DNA of 61,598 nucleotides, the filler included, from Sphacelaria rigidula (Eukaryota), in assembly GCA_964200075.2 (NCBI GenBank). It is 11 parts of 11 records of this genome, joined end to end, with 100 filler letters (N's around TTAATTAATTAA, not from the genome) between each part and the next. Parts side by side here need not be neighbours in the genome. Positions count along the whole stretch, not along the records: positions 44,875 to 50,382 come from CAXNAA020026754.1; positions 50,483 to 55,990 come from CAXNAA020026755.1; positions 56,091 to 61,598 come from CAXNAA020026756.1; 8 more parts are not named here. One strand, 5' to 3'. A program made the position numbers and the translations under genes. Positions 49,652-61,598 of this stretch are shown piece by piece. The first letter of the stretch is position 1. Each line of letters opens with the position of its first letter. The notes beneath the pieces were generated by a model that had not been told where the DNA came from, ran no database searches, and was given only the letters and a program-made list of their open reading frames with translations.

Positions 49652-50899
49652 TTAAAACGAGCTTAACATTTCTGAAAAGCTTATAATATGATCGAAACGC
49701 GCATAAAGTTGCGATAATTTTCTATGTGCCTCCTGCAGCGATTGTAGTAGCTCCCTGAAAGTGCGCTATATGGACCATTCTCGTCACCAGACAGGCTTCA
49801 CTACTTTAAGCTGCCATGGTTGCGGGTCTGATCAGAAGAAAGTTCCGCTGTATATTTATATACGTGATACTGTGTTAAATTGAAAATATAATCAAGATTT
49901 TGTACAACAATTGCACAAGGAGTTAGGTGACCGGATCGAATCCGCGGTTATGATCAAGTACAATCGGAGCCGGAAGTTTGACAAGACTTCAACTGTCGAC
50001 TGATGGTACATTATGGGGAGGGACGGGGGCGGTAGCTTGTAGCTTGTAGCTTGTAGCTTGCCGGGCGAGAAGCTAAAGGCTGCAATATCCCGTGTCCAGA
50101 GGCTTCAATGCCTCAATCATGGTGGATTTACTGTAGTGGCATTTATTGTTTCGATAGGATAGTCTATTGGGTGCTTCGGGGTGGCTTTCAAACTCAATGA
50201 TCAAATAAAACTTATATTTTTCAATAAAAAACAAACTTTGGAAGTTCGAATACCCAAATTGTCGTCTTCTCCTCATGCTGAGGCCGGATGTTATGGTACA
50301 CAGAATTTTGGCCCACGGATTGTTCACTTCAGGGACGTTTGACCCGCCTTTCGACCCCCACACAGGGAAAACCGCCAACACANNNNNNNNNNNNNNNNNN
50401 NNNNNNNNNNNNNNNNNNNNNNNNNNTTAATTAATTAANNNNNNNNNNNNNNNNNNNNNNNNNNNNNNNNNNNNNNNNNNNNTCGAACAGGACGCACGCT
50501 TCATCACTTATAAAGTTGGTTTACTATGGGACAGCTGTAGCACCGGAGATCGCGCGGTTCTCGACACAGGAAGCAAGTCAGCCAACGGCACTTCACAGAC
50601 CCCTGCATACACACAAAATCTAGGGAATTGGGTTCACATTTTCGTGGCGTCGCGTCAGCGGCGAGAACCTCCCCCTTCAAGAGCGCAAAACACCTCATTT
50701 TTGTACGTTTGGGAGTGTTGCGGCTCAGTATCACGCTCGTACGGAAAAACGCAACTAGTTGACCTGGCTCGGGTGTGTGGGAAGCGCACGCAAGACACTA
50801 CAGGTTAATCCTCTGCTTCGTCGCCGAGTTCTACGCGTTGCGCGATCGGCACTTTTGGGTGGAGGATTAGTAGCGCTATTCGAGGTCCACCATGGCAAA

Positions 50900-51850
50900 T
50901 TAAAAAAAATCGGTGTGCATTTTTTCTTGCCGCAAAAAACTTGTGACGACATACAGTTTGGTTGCGTGCCGCAAGGCGCTGCTGCTTAGTTCTGTGCGGC
51001 TGTGCACAAGAGGCAATTTCGCCTTTCAACAGCGTGGATCCCTTCAAGTGTCGAATTACAGAGGAAGAGTTCACAGAAGAAAGACAAAGCCGGCGGCTGC
51101 TTTGTGTTAGGGCTCCAGGGCAGAAGCCGAGGCGTCTAGAGCGATTGTAGTACGTGCACTGCCTCACATCTGCTGGCGACTGTGATTATGTATTTAGTAA
51201 CTGTCTGTATGTACATACCAACATAAGAGTGAGATGGAAACTATTCGACATTCGACGAGCTTGGTTTTGGGCTGCATGTTTTTCTCTTGCGGCGAGCAAT
51301 GTGTGACGGTATTTCACTTTGTGGGGTGCCACCGGGTGCTGCTTCGTTCTGTACAGCTGTGCACGATGGGCAAATTCGCCTTTCAACAGCGAGTACCCTT
51401 CATGTATTGAGTTGCAGAGGGCGAGGTAACACATGAAGTTCGGCTGTTGTGTCTGAGAGTTCCGGCGGAGAAACCAATACGCAAAGAGCGATTTGTTTTT
51501 TAGACTAAGCACTGACTGTATTAACAGATCAGTAGAGCCACGATGTTTCAACTGACTGCCTGTGCATACTAAAAATAAAATGTAAATCATGCGATTTGCA
51601 CTAACTTGCATCTCCGACCAAATGTTATTTTTTGGTATCAATCAATGTCATGAGATTTGCTTTGGTGGCGGTCCGTCATGTGCTGCTCTTTTCTGTAGGG
51701 ATGTGCACAAAGGACAACCTCGCATATCATGAGCGAATGCCATTCCATCCCTTGACTTGTAGAGGACGAGTTTAAATACCGCTGTCTTGTGACAGACGTT
51801 TTCGATACAGAACCCAAGGCGTCTACGAGTACAGCGATTTTTATTCTTGA
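50900..51850. repeat. Diverged ~350-bp tandem repeat x3
   Basis: gctgct..ttctgt....tgtgcac.....caa..tcgc core with tgtgcac at 51001, 51358 and 51702. Confidence 0.7.
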
Positions 51851-53152
51851 TGATGCACTGGCCATGTATGACCGGGTCGACAGAGCAACGACGTTTCACG
51901 TGACTGCCTTTGCATACTACAAAGAACATGTAAGCTATGCGACTTGAGCCAACTTGCTGTTTGAATGGCATACTATACAGGCGAGAAGGAGCGCAGTCGG
52001 TGACTAACCAATTCACCTGGCCCACTCCCACATCACCATCCATTTCGTCTCTGCTGGCCTCACATTTTTTTTCGTCACGTTTATCCAACTTCGTCTCTCA
52101 CAAGATTTTGAAACTAGGGAAAAATTGACGTTCGAGATGTTGACCTGGACAGAGTGCACCAGATCGTGCCCAAGCGACTGACAAGATGGAATCTCCCCCA
52201 CTCGTGCCATGACCCTGACCCTACGGGGCCCATGAAAAATTGACTCTCCAATCCCGCAGTTACAGCTATGTATACGACATGCAGCGCGCAGTCAATCCAC
52301 ACAGGGTGAGACTCTTGATCGTCAACATCAGCATCGCCCTCAGTACTTTCCACATGCGCGACGCTGCTGCTCATGGTATCCAAATTCCGTACTTTCTCGT
52401 TCTAGCACGATGCCAGGCACGCCTTTCACTGCAGTTACGTTGGTGTGTGGCGGCCACAACTGCTGCTGGTCGTGTTCTTGTCTTGTCATCTTCGCAATGG
52501 TGGTAAACGTGGGGTGGCAGCTCGGGGGCGTGCGCTTCCCGAGTAGTACAGCAGCTGAACATTAATGCACCAAGAAATTGTACCCAATCTAGAGCGAGTT
52601 ATCCGGAGGAACAATATCACCTCAACACCGAGCACTCACAGGCTTGAAGATATCTACAATGTTTTTAGTACATTTCATATGAGCCAGGTCGTTGTTTTTA
52701 GGTGACGCGTATATTTTTGTTTGATATGATTTGCCCGATTACGGTCCAGTTCTTATGCATAAAACGTTGTGATCCATTTTCACGAAATATAGTAGTACCC
52801 GAAATCGGGCCCCATTCCCACTCATAAGTACCGGACCGTCTGTCCCATAAATGAATGTTCTGGAAATAAATGCTCTGCCGTGATTACTGTAGTACTAACT
52901 AGAAGTACACGGCTCTATTATCTACTTATTGTGGACCTGCACATACATGTCGCATGTGCACATCCTGAGCGTACGCCGACCATATTGATGTTGGTTTTGT
53001 CCGCTAGCAACCACCTCCAGCAGAGCTTATTGGCCGTTAGTAGGCCACGGTCGCTGAAGGGTTGACACCATTTCAACCCAAGCCCTGTCGTTCTATGAGG
53101 GAGCAATCGCTCCGTGATCGCCCTGCAACGCCCTTCATTGTACATCACTGAC

Positions 53153-53272
53153 CTGCAAATAATGTGTCTCCGCCTTGCCCCAAGAGAAAGTTGAAAATCA
53201 CTCCGGTTTCACGGCAAACATCTTCCCACAGCCGTTTTAATTCCACGAACACGTCGGCCATGCTCGGCGGTC
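53153..53272 (-). CDS. yafJ: YafJ/EgtC-like class II glutamine amidotransferase, exon 4 (PPSMADVFVELKRLWEDVCRETGVIFNFLLGQGGDTLFA)
   Basis: FNFLL....LFA motif; ctgcag acceptor and GTCAGT donor; phase 1-1; later exons not identified. Confidence 0.82.
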
Positions 53273-53525
53273 CTGCAGAGTATACCCGAAGGAATACAGA
53301 CACATCGCACCACTGGACGGCATCAACACAAACTTGGCACACATCTTGAACATGAGATGAGCTTTCGTTTCAGGTAAAGTCTCCATGCTGCGTGGGCGCC
53401 AAAGCTGGAGTGGATATCTCCATCCAGATTGTGATGGCGCATGTGGATGAAAGCAAGCATGCCAGGGGATACCTGGGTTGAAAAACGAAATCCTGTAGGG
53501 ACGTTGGTGTGATTTTTTCACGTAC

Positions 53526-53689
53526 CGCTCGGAAAGATGTCCAACAGATTGTTGAGAAAGAAGCAGAAGACCGTCTCACTGTCCGTGTCCCCGACGGGTG
53601 TATAGCGCGTGCTTGAGGTTTTGAAGAAAGCTTTCTTTGCTGGATCTCTAGCCGCAGGTACGTCACCGTTGTGCGCGAATATCCAATAG
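53526..53689 (-). CDS. yafJ: YafJ/EgtC-like amidotransferase, exon 3 (YWIFAHNGDV...YTPVGDTDSETVFC)
   Basis: FAHNG and G.TDSE motifs; gtgcag acceptor and GTACGT donor. Confidence 0.92.
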
Positions 53690-54117
53690 CTGCACTCCGA
53701 GCATGAAAGCGTGTGGTGTGGTGTGACAACAACAAAAAACGCCAACAGAAGTTACAGCAGCACATAGCGGGGGTACTCAATATATGCAGCGACACAATTA
53801 TCACGCAGCCCAGCATTTGAGACTAGTATACACCGCCATAGGTTTCGCAACGGATGTCATAAGTACTTCGCAAGGTTGCCATGACACTGGCGAGCAGATC
53901 TTTCCACTCAGCTCGTCTGTGAGAACAACGACACCCGATACACTGCGTACACAACCGCTTGACGAAATTCGACCCAAGTGTCACGTAGCTCCGCTCAAAT
54001 TGGATATAATGAGCTGATCTAGGGATGAACGACACAGACAGGCAACACACAACGGGCAAAGCTCGAGCCAACAATATGAGGTGGCGTGACTTGATAGCTA
54101 CATGGAACCCAAATTAC

Positions 54118-54395
54118 CTTCCCCAGAGCTCCCTGGAAAAGGGATGGACATTTTCGAGTCCAACCTTGCCCTGCGTCGCGAGTCGGACGTGCGCGATTAC
54201 CGTGCGAGTCTTGATGGGGTACGTGCACATTAGAGACGCCACCGGACTGAGAGTGCTGGGCAGCGTATCCACGAAGTTTCTATACCCCTTGCCCTCGAAG
54301 AATCCCAGACCCCATCCATCCACGTGACGATCGGTTCTACCACCTCTCTTGCGGAAGCCCCGAAAGGAGAAGCAAAAATCCGTCGGGGTATTTGC
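54118..54395 (-). CDS. yafJ: YafJ/EgtC-like amidotransferase, exon 2 (ANTPTDFCFSFRGF...DGWG...HVRLATQG...NVHPFSRELWG)
   Basis: DGWG, H.R.AT.G and N.HPF.RELWG motifs; cgcag acceptor and GTAATT donor. Confidence 0.93.
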
Positions 54396-54988
54396 CTGCG
54401 GTGGGATGGAGATTAAACGACGTGTTACCACAGGGTGGGTGTGGGGAGTGAGCGATGCCGGCACGTTGCAAGCCGACTCGCCACCAGGCATGGTTCTCAG
54501 GCCAGAGACGTTTGTGCTGCGTAGGATGTGCGGTATGGTACGGCACATTAGCATGTCGACAATATTTTCTCTACATGCTGCGGGAATTTACGCTGCACTC
54601 AACATCGTCTTACAGAGTAATGCTGCTCTATGGCACTATCCATGCATCATGTGCTCTTCTGGGGGAAAGTTGGGCTAAGCGAAGGTGACACATTTTCTCC
54701 GCTCATTAACCAACCGGAGCATGGTTTTCGATTCCATGATTCCGTGCAAGGAGAGCATGTGCTACTGATCTAGTTCAGCTGTTCCTGGCATTTGCGGCGA
54801 AATTCTCACCTGTCTTTTCGCGACAACAACAAATCTATGGGTCGATAAACTGCCATAGCACGTACACAGACGGGAAATGTACATCATGCGCCGAGAAGCG
54901 GCAGCCAACAAGTGTGCAGCGCCCATGGCGCTCACCGGTAAAGTTTCAGTAACTTATGCTCTGGTTTCCAACACAAGGGCTTGCTCAC

Positions 54989-55012
54989 CTGCATTCCCAT
55001 AAGTTGACACAT
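54989..55012 (-). CDS. yafJ: YafJ/EgtC-like amidotransferase, exon 1 (MCQLMGMQ; Cys2 nucleophile)
   Basis: GCC ATG TGT CAA CTT ATG GGA ATG CAG|GTGAG; in-frame TGA two codons upstream. Confidence 0.88.
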
Positions 55013-56565
55013 GGCTCAAACTCCGCGGATAATTCAGTGCCACAGCTGCAGAAGAATCTATATGTACGAGAAAATCCTTCACCCGACGATAGATCAGTGT
55101 CAGCGGAGCGACGAGCAGACCTGGGCTGTCGGACGAATGCGGTCAAGTGTACACTGTCTACGAGCGCTGGTGCACTAAAGAATGTACTTTTGTCATGTTC
55201 CAGTGGTGAACCGATGCCAATTGCGCCGCGCATTTCATTCGAAACACCGGTACCGGTGTCCGGAGCTGTCACTACAGTTGTCGCTTGGGCAAACATCGTA
55301 CTATCTAAAGAGCACCGTCGCGCTTGGTCACGTCTTGATCCGTCAATACGGCCATGATATCGACTTATAGGTTCTTGAGAAGCGTCCCGCGCACTTGGTT
55401 TGCCTGTAAGCGTCGGAGAACTGCCTCGGCCACTACTGCAGTTACACCGTTTTCGTTGCGTCCTACCCACGGTGAGCCAGTCAGCGTTCTCCTCCCAACA
55501 TCGCGCTTGTGGAACTCCAGCAGCCAGGCGGCTGCGATGGTGGGATTGGGACGACTAGAAGACATGATGAGGTAAGTGTTGAAACGAGTCGGCGGTGCCA
55601 TGTGTGGAATCGTACGGTGTACGATGCGGTCCAAAGCGTGTCCTCGAGCATCCGATTCATTCATGGTGTGAAAGATGCGGGGTTGCTCCATGAGGTAAGA
55701 GGCGAGGTAAGAGGCGAGCATGCGTTTGCCACTCTATGCGGCAAAAGAAAGGCCATACTACAGTACGGTAGTACAGTAGTATCATGGTGTTCAGTGTATT
55801 TTTGCACGCCATAGACACGATCCGAAGTGGTGGGCGCTTCTACGCACGCTCAGTGTGCCGAATAGGCAATGATGATCTGCGCATTTTCTCGAGTTACTTT
55901 GAGGTGTGTCACGATGCACAAAATACACAACCACGGCAAAAAAAAAAAAAACGTTTAAAATTATTGCGGAATAAATTTTAAAGGGCAATGNNNNNNNNNN
56001 NNNNNNNNNNNNNNNNNNNNNNNNNNNNNNNNNNTTAATTAATTAANNNNNNNNNNNNNNNNNNNNNNNNNNNNNNNNNNNNNNNNNNNNCTTACCTCCC
56101 GTTCTATTGCGTTGGGTTTGTTCCCGCGCCTTCCCCTGGGGGGGGGGGGGTGTTTGCCCCCCTTCTCGCACGAGATTCTAAGTCAAGTCGTCGTTGAAAG
56201 CAGCAACGGTTCTTCGAACGAGCTTATTACAGGAAAATAACACCTATTCGTACTGCTTGACACCGTTTTCAACCGAATACAAGTGCACCGCGAGTGTGGC
56301 AGGTCGTCTGACACAGTTACTGTCGTGTGTTGTCGTCAAATCTGTTCTGGACGCTGGTCCACACGTTTCGGTATATGCGGGGGCACCAGCCGGGGTCACA
56401 CAGGAGGAGGGCCAATACAGGATTATTTTTTCTATTTGTTCGTCTTCATTTTCCATCGCGAGAGGGGTTCAGCAGCCACTTGCCCTCGTCGGCCGTGAGT
56501 CGATTTTCTTGTACCCACGACATAGTCGCTTTCCACTGTTGGGTATTGTGTGAGAAAAAATCCCA

Positions 56566-56637
56566 AATCGCTCCGAGATTCGAATCCACGACCCAACCGC
56601 CACAGGAGTTTAAGGTTACCAGCTGAGCCATCGGGGC
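56566..56637 (-). repeat. tRNA-derived sequence (SINE head or tRNA pseudogene)
   Basis: GCCCCGATGGCTCAGCTGGTA (A box) ... GGATTCGAATC (B box), followed by a T-run; acceptor stem does not pair. Confidence 0.6.
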
Positions 56638-58741
56638 GACCGACATCTATCTTTTTTTCTTTCGTGCGATGGGATATCCCCCCCGTATCGTAGGATAACC
56701 CTATCAACCGCACGTGACCCGCATGCTTTTGGCGGAAACATGAAGCCACACTAGACAAAGATCGATCACTTTAGGTGCATGAAGGTTCCAGTGGCTCTCG
56801 GACTTGGTAGGCACTACCTCAGCGAATCATGAATATTTTCGGCGGTAGCACGAGGAATCAGATACCATTCGATACAAAGTTCGGTGATACACGTGCGCTC
56901 CTTGTGGCGCATTTATATCCACCGAGCATTTCTCCAATTCCTCCACGTCCCTGGCGCCATTTTCTGTGAGATATATATATGTAGTGATAAGAAGTTGCGA
57001 TCGAAATAGGATGCATCGTTATGACTTACAGGCATATTTCAAACAAGCCACCAATCACGGCTTCGAGGCTCAACGAAGGATGTTTCGACATTTGTGGACG
57101 TCATTCCAATCTTTTTCTCTTTCGTTTGTGATTCGGCATCTGAACTATAGCCGTTAAGAGCATTGCAACCACAACAGGTGACGGCGAAACACGACGAGTC
57201 TACTATTTTGTTTGTGGTATAGGATAGCCGTGGTCCAAACAAGTGGGGATCCCGGCTGCTAATCCGCCAGTTCTCAAAGAAGGCTGCAATTCACATGATG
57301 ATCATTTCATGTTACGGTTCTCTAAACCTCGGCGGTAGGATCATACATAGACGTGCTCGGTGCTTTGATATGCAGTAATATAATAATGATGAGGGTTGCC
57401 AAAGCCGCATCGTCGATGATGGTACTCTTCGAAATACTCAGAAATGTAATTTCAGATTCTCTATGTCTCCCGACCTATACAAAGTATCATTAAAAATTAG
57501 ACTCAGCAGTTGACCAGGAACGCACTACACGTAAGGTGGAACCAAGGAATACAAAAGAGGCTCCCCCTATCCCGCTTCCACTGCTCCGTGTCCCCTATAT
57601 TGGAAATGTGGTTTGTCTGCGTACAAACGTATTCAGCATAGTGTTCAACTGCCAAACGACAGGAACAACGGTTGAACTCGTGAACTGCGCTTCACCTGAT
57701 TAGAATCAAACACACTCACTTTCTACTCTGCAGTAAACTGATGACTAGCTGGCGGGCTTGCTTGAGGTAGGTGGCTTTGGAGCGTAAAAGCGTTGGGACG
57801 TCAATCACTCCACCAAACTCTTGGCTCTAGGAAATCGTTCATCTAAGCCGTTGATACCGTAGACTTCGCGTACCAAACTTTCCATTATTCTCACAACACG
57901 CGAATTTTCTGTATACGACCTTCAACAACAGCATTTTCGTGATATTTAGAGTAGACGGTAAGATGAAGAGTGAAAACCCGTCAATTAATGAATGAGTATT
58001 TTCAGTTCCGAAATTACCCTTCACGAGGCTCGATACGCTTTCTGCGGTATTGCCACTGAAGCTCTTGATATTCCTTAGCAGGATATCGACGTGTAGCTGT
58101 CGGCACACGCAGTGTTACAAGCCGAAGGAAACACACAGAACCAAACACTGGGCCAGTAACGCGAATGACACCCACTCTTAAGTATCTTCTATTCTCAATC
58201 TCACGACCAAATTTTTCTTCATATCACTGAGCTATTGCTCTCGACTTTTCACCTTACCACGAATTTTGCTCTTGATACTGAACTATGATTGATTCTAACG
58301 CCAAGGTCGAGAATGTATTTTGAACAGTCATCCCTTAAATCCCAACACCCGACTCGATTGTTCCTCAGTTTGGGCGACGCGATCGCACCTCCCGGGAAAA
58401 AATGACCGTAAACGATGGCATGCACAAACAAGCCAACAAATGGAGTTGAAGAACCCTGACGACGTTCGTTGCGGGAACCCAATATCTGTTCCGCCATGGA
58501 GCCACATGGAGTAACAACTCATGTGTTGTATACAAATGATGGGTTGATACATACATTCATGTTTCAGATTGCAGGGCGTCCGCATCGCCCGGTGCCTCAT
58601 ACATTGGGCACAAGAATTCCCGGTCACCAAACAGAAACGAGTCCAATACCAGGCAGAGTTTACAGGATACTGAAACCCGACCGAGTGAGTATGACCTGTG
58701 TCGGGAGTCACCCTGAACGCACTGGGCTGATATATGTCGTT

Positions 58742-60030
58742 CCTAGGGAAACCTGGGTCCATTGCAGTATAACTGCTTTGTGCACACATGGTGTTGCTTG
58801 TAACACCTCGGTTCATACCAGTGCAGCTGTAGAGCTCTTCAATCGATGTTATAAATACGCTAATGTTCTGTCTGTACGGTGCGTGTGTTGATCGGCGGGC
58901 ACCCCGAACGCGCTCTGCTGATACATGGTGTTGCTAGAGTAGGCAGCATCAGAAGACTTCAGAATTCGTACCTGTTGCAGTTTTGGATTTTTTTTCTAGT
59001 ACTATTCTTCATTACTACTTGAAAGTGCTAGCGCCGGTAGATTTAGGAGGAAAGCGTAGGCCGCGCTCAAACTGCAGTGCCCAAGTTGGTGTTTTCGGGG
59101 CGATACGGACTAGATACTCCGTTTATCAGGAGTGTGTTATTGACCGTTTTTGGCCCAATAAGAGGAGTTTTCCGGCTCTTCCGCAACGAAACGGTGAATA
59201 TTCAGATAAATAAATAAGTGAAAAAATCTTCATAACGATCGAGATCGTGTTTCCCTCCTATATTGCACAGACCTCAGTCTAGCATTTTCTGCGGAAGGCT
59301 TCTTTTCGGGGGTTTTCCGCTTAATTTTGTCCATGAGCACTCGAAAGTGCTAGCGTCGATAGTTTTGGCGAAAGAAGTAGACCGTGCTCAAATCACAATC
59401 GCCCAAGTTGATGTTGAGGGGGCGATACGGAGTGAAGACCCCGTTCATCAGGAGAGTGTTATTGGCCGCAAATGGTCCAAGAAACATGGTTTTCCGGCCT
59501 TAGCGCAGTGAATATGTGGAATTTCAAAAAAATGATCATTTTTGAGTCTTCCCTTATTCGATCGGGATCGAGTCGGCCCACCGAAAATACCAAAAAGCTA
59601 GAACCTGGGTTTGCACTTTCGTAGGACCCCCGAAGCTCGGTCAAGCCCGTGAGTCACTTAATGTTGATCGCACATATTTTTTCTTCCAGTATTTGCCGAG
59701 AGGATTGAAATATCTTCAGATGCTCATATTTTGGCATCCAACAGTCACTGTGATGAGCGTTGACAAGCGAAGCGAATTTGGAAAATCTTTGAGAAACTTA
59801 GATATTACGAATTCTGCATACTTCTGACGCTGACTACTGTAGGAAAACCTGGGTTCATAGCAGTACAATGGCTTTATTCGCGCATGGTGTTGCTTGCAAA
59901 ACCTCGGCTTATACCAGTGCAACTGTAGATCTATTCAATCGATACTATGAATATACGACTGTGCCACCTTTACGGTGCGTGTTTCGATTGTGAGGCACCC
60001 TAAATGCGCTGTGCTGATACATGGTGTCAT
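58742..60030. repeat. Nested direct repeats: ~190-bp pair (58742-58935 / 59840-60030) enclosing a ~130-bp pair (59021 / 59343)
   Basis: aaacctgggt...catggtgttgcttg...ataccagtgca twice; gaaagtgctagcg...gcccaagttg...ggggcgatacgga twice; inner part is similar in reverse to 31020-31250. Confidence 0.8.
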
Positions 60031-60511
60031 GATACACCGGCATACCCAGAGAGCGTCATCAATCATCGCATTAGAGATGAATGTGACGTGCCATCGCACA
60101 GTATCTCGTCCGAAATACTCCAGTGCGGCTCAGAGTCTTCAGGACACTATAGCCCGACCAGGCGAACATGTCTCGGAGGCGTTGGCGGGAGTGTGAAACG
60201 GCGCCATGATCAACCTCCCCAGAACAACGCATAGCAACCGATGCATCGACGCGTCTACAGCGATATAAAACGTTTGGGCCTGTCGGTAGTGGCCCTTCGA
60301 CCATGGATCAATTCGACGGTGAAAGAACGAGTCCCTTGCCGTTCATCGCGTGATCCCATGGAGTTCGGGTGATTAGACGATGTGCTCTTGACTATTTCTC
60401 CATAATAGCTCACAATTTCCGATCAACAACTTCCACGATAGCGGTCGGCAGAATCGCACCTTTGCCGTCAACGAACAAATTACCCCCTATTGTTAACGTT
60501 TAGGCTCGCAC

Positions 60512-60592
60512 CTCCAAAATCCCCAGCAGTGTTGTTAGCAAAAGTCGTATTACCATCGATGATGAGGCCGCCTCCATGCACAATGATAGCAC
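60512..60592 (-). CDS. GGAI/FxxN repeat exon (GAIIVHGGGLIIDGNTTFANNTAGDFG); polymorphic-membrane-protein/adhesin-like beta-helix protein
   Basis: 81-nt symmetric phase 1-1 exon with a strong pyrimidine tract + ctgcag acceptor and GTGCG donor; encodes exactly one GAI...FxNNxA repeat. Confidence 0.65.
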
Positions 60593-61096
60593 CTGCAGCG
60601 AGAGAAAAAAAGGGCGTTCGAGTACGGCATTCACAGAATGCGCCTCCGTGACGGGTTGTCGCATCTGCGCTAGTTTCCAGATGCGAAGCACTTCGAACGT
60701 GCCGTCTTGGAGATGATGTACATCATGATGGTATTGCCTGCCTCTTGATACTTGAATATTTACACCCGTATTATCTTCAAGATATATGGTAGCGGCATAT
60801 CGGTACAAATAATAGAGGGGCAGATACTGCCGCACTGGGGACATATGGGAAATATCTCGGAGCTCTTCATGGCATGTGGCTGGAAAAAACGCCCCGCCCC
60901 CCCTCCGATGTCTTTCTGTCATATTTGTCTTTTCTCTCTATTTTCGCCAAACATTGAGGCATCGGAGTGTTGTGTTTTTGGTGGAGCAAGCACCTTGGAT
61001 TGTGCTGTATATATTTGAAGGCCCGCTGTCTTCCTCGCGGATCAAGCACCGTCATACAAGAGCCATGGCGCCCCCGTTTCGGCCGATCGCAACACT

Positions 61097-61190
61097 GATC
61101 GTCGGGCCGTCCCTCGTACTATACATGTACGGATCGTCAGGCCGTCCCTCATACTGTGTATACGGCTCGTCGGGCCGTTCCTTATACTAC
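61097..61190. repeat. ~34-bp tandem repeat x3
   Basis: g(a/c)tcgtc(g/a)ggccgt(c/t)cct...tact repeated three times. Confidence 0.85.
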
Positions 61191-61598
61191 ACCGTGTTTT
61201 GTTTTCGGAGAAAAACTGTAGCTAGCTGGAAGTACGGTACGTTTTTCGTATTTCATATAGGCCAACTGTTGGCGAAACCCCGTGACGTTCCCAGTTGCAG
61301 ACGGAACATATTCAAACCTGCCAAGGTAAATGAACTGATAATGTCAACAAGCAAAGACAAATCACTTGAACTGAAACTGGAGGGTAGTCAAGCTACTCAA
61401 GAGGGTGAGCCCGAAACTCGAACTGGGAATAAGTGTATTATATTGGGGCAATGGCCTAGAGAAGGTATACCTTCTCGTTTTTTGTCTAAGAAAGGCACGA
61501 AAAATGGTCAGAAACGCGAAAACAGCTCGACACGCCATTTTGACCGTTTTCGCTCCGGATGTTTCACGCACATCATTCGGGGGGGCCATTGGCACCCG

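Overview
This window is not one locus. It is 11 unrelated eukaryotic contigs (5510, 5510, six of 5509, three of 5508 bp, i.e. sorted by length) joined by artificial 100-bp linkers (44 N + TTAATTAATTAA + 44 N), so nothing can be inferred across the linkers. The DNA is intron-rich and repeat-rich, most likely a brown alga (Phaeophyceae; inference from gene content, intron style and TE motifs). Partial spliced genes could be rebuilt with phase-consistent GT-AG introns, all on the minus strand: a secreted Cys-rich precursor (contig 1), the C-terminus of IFT139/TTC21B (contig 3), a GT92/GT-A-like glycosyltransferase (contig 4), NSE1 (contig 6), a YafJ/EgtC/Dug3-type class II glutamine amidotransferase (contig 10) and GGAI/FxxN beta-helix repeat exons (contig 11). 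The rest is mostly decayed retroelements (RTE, CRE-like, DIRS-like, gypsy-like), MITE/foldback families, tRNA-like repeats and minisatellites. I found no CRISPR array, rRNA, intact tRNA gene or convincing multi-gene novel system. The best candidates for new biology are the processed Cys-rich peptide precursor, a 1.8-kb intronic element carrying two 41-bp arrays, and repeats with tRNA-like Pol III boxes in unusual arrangements. Family assignments come from motif recognition only; no searches were run.
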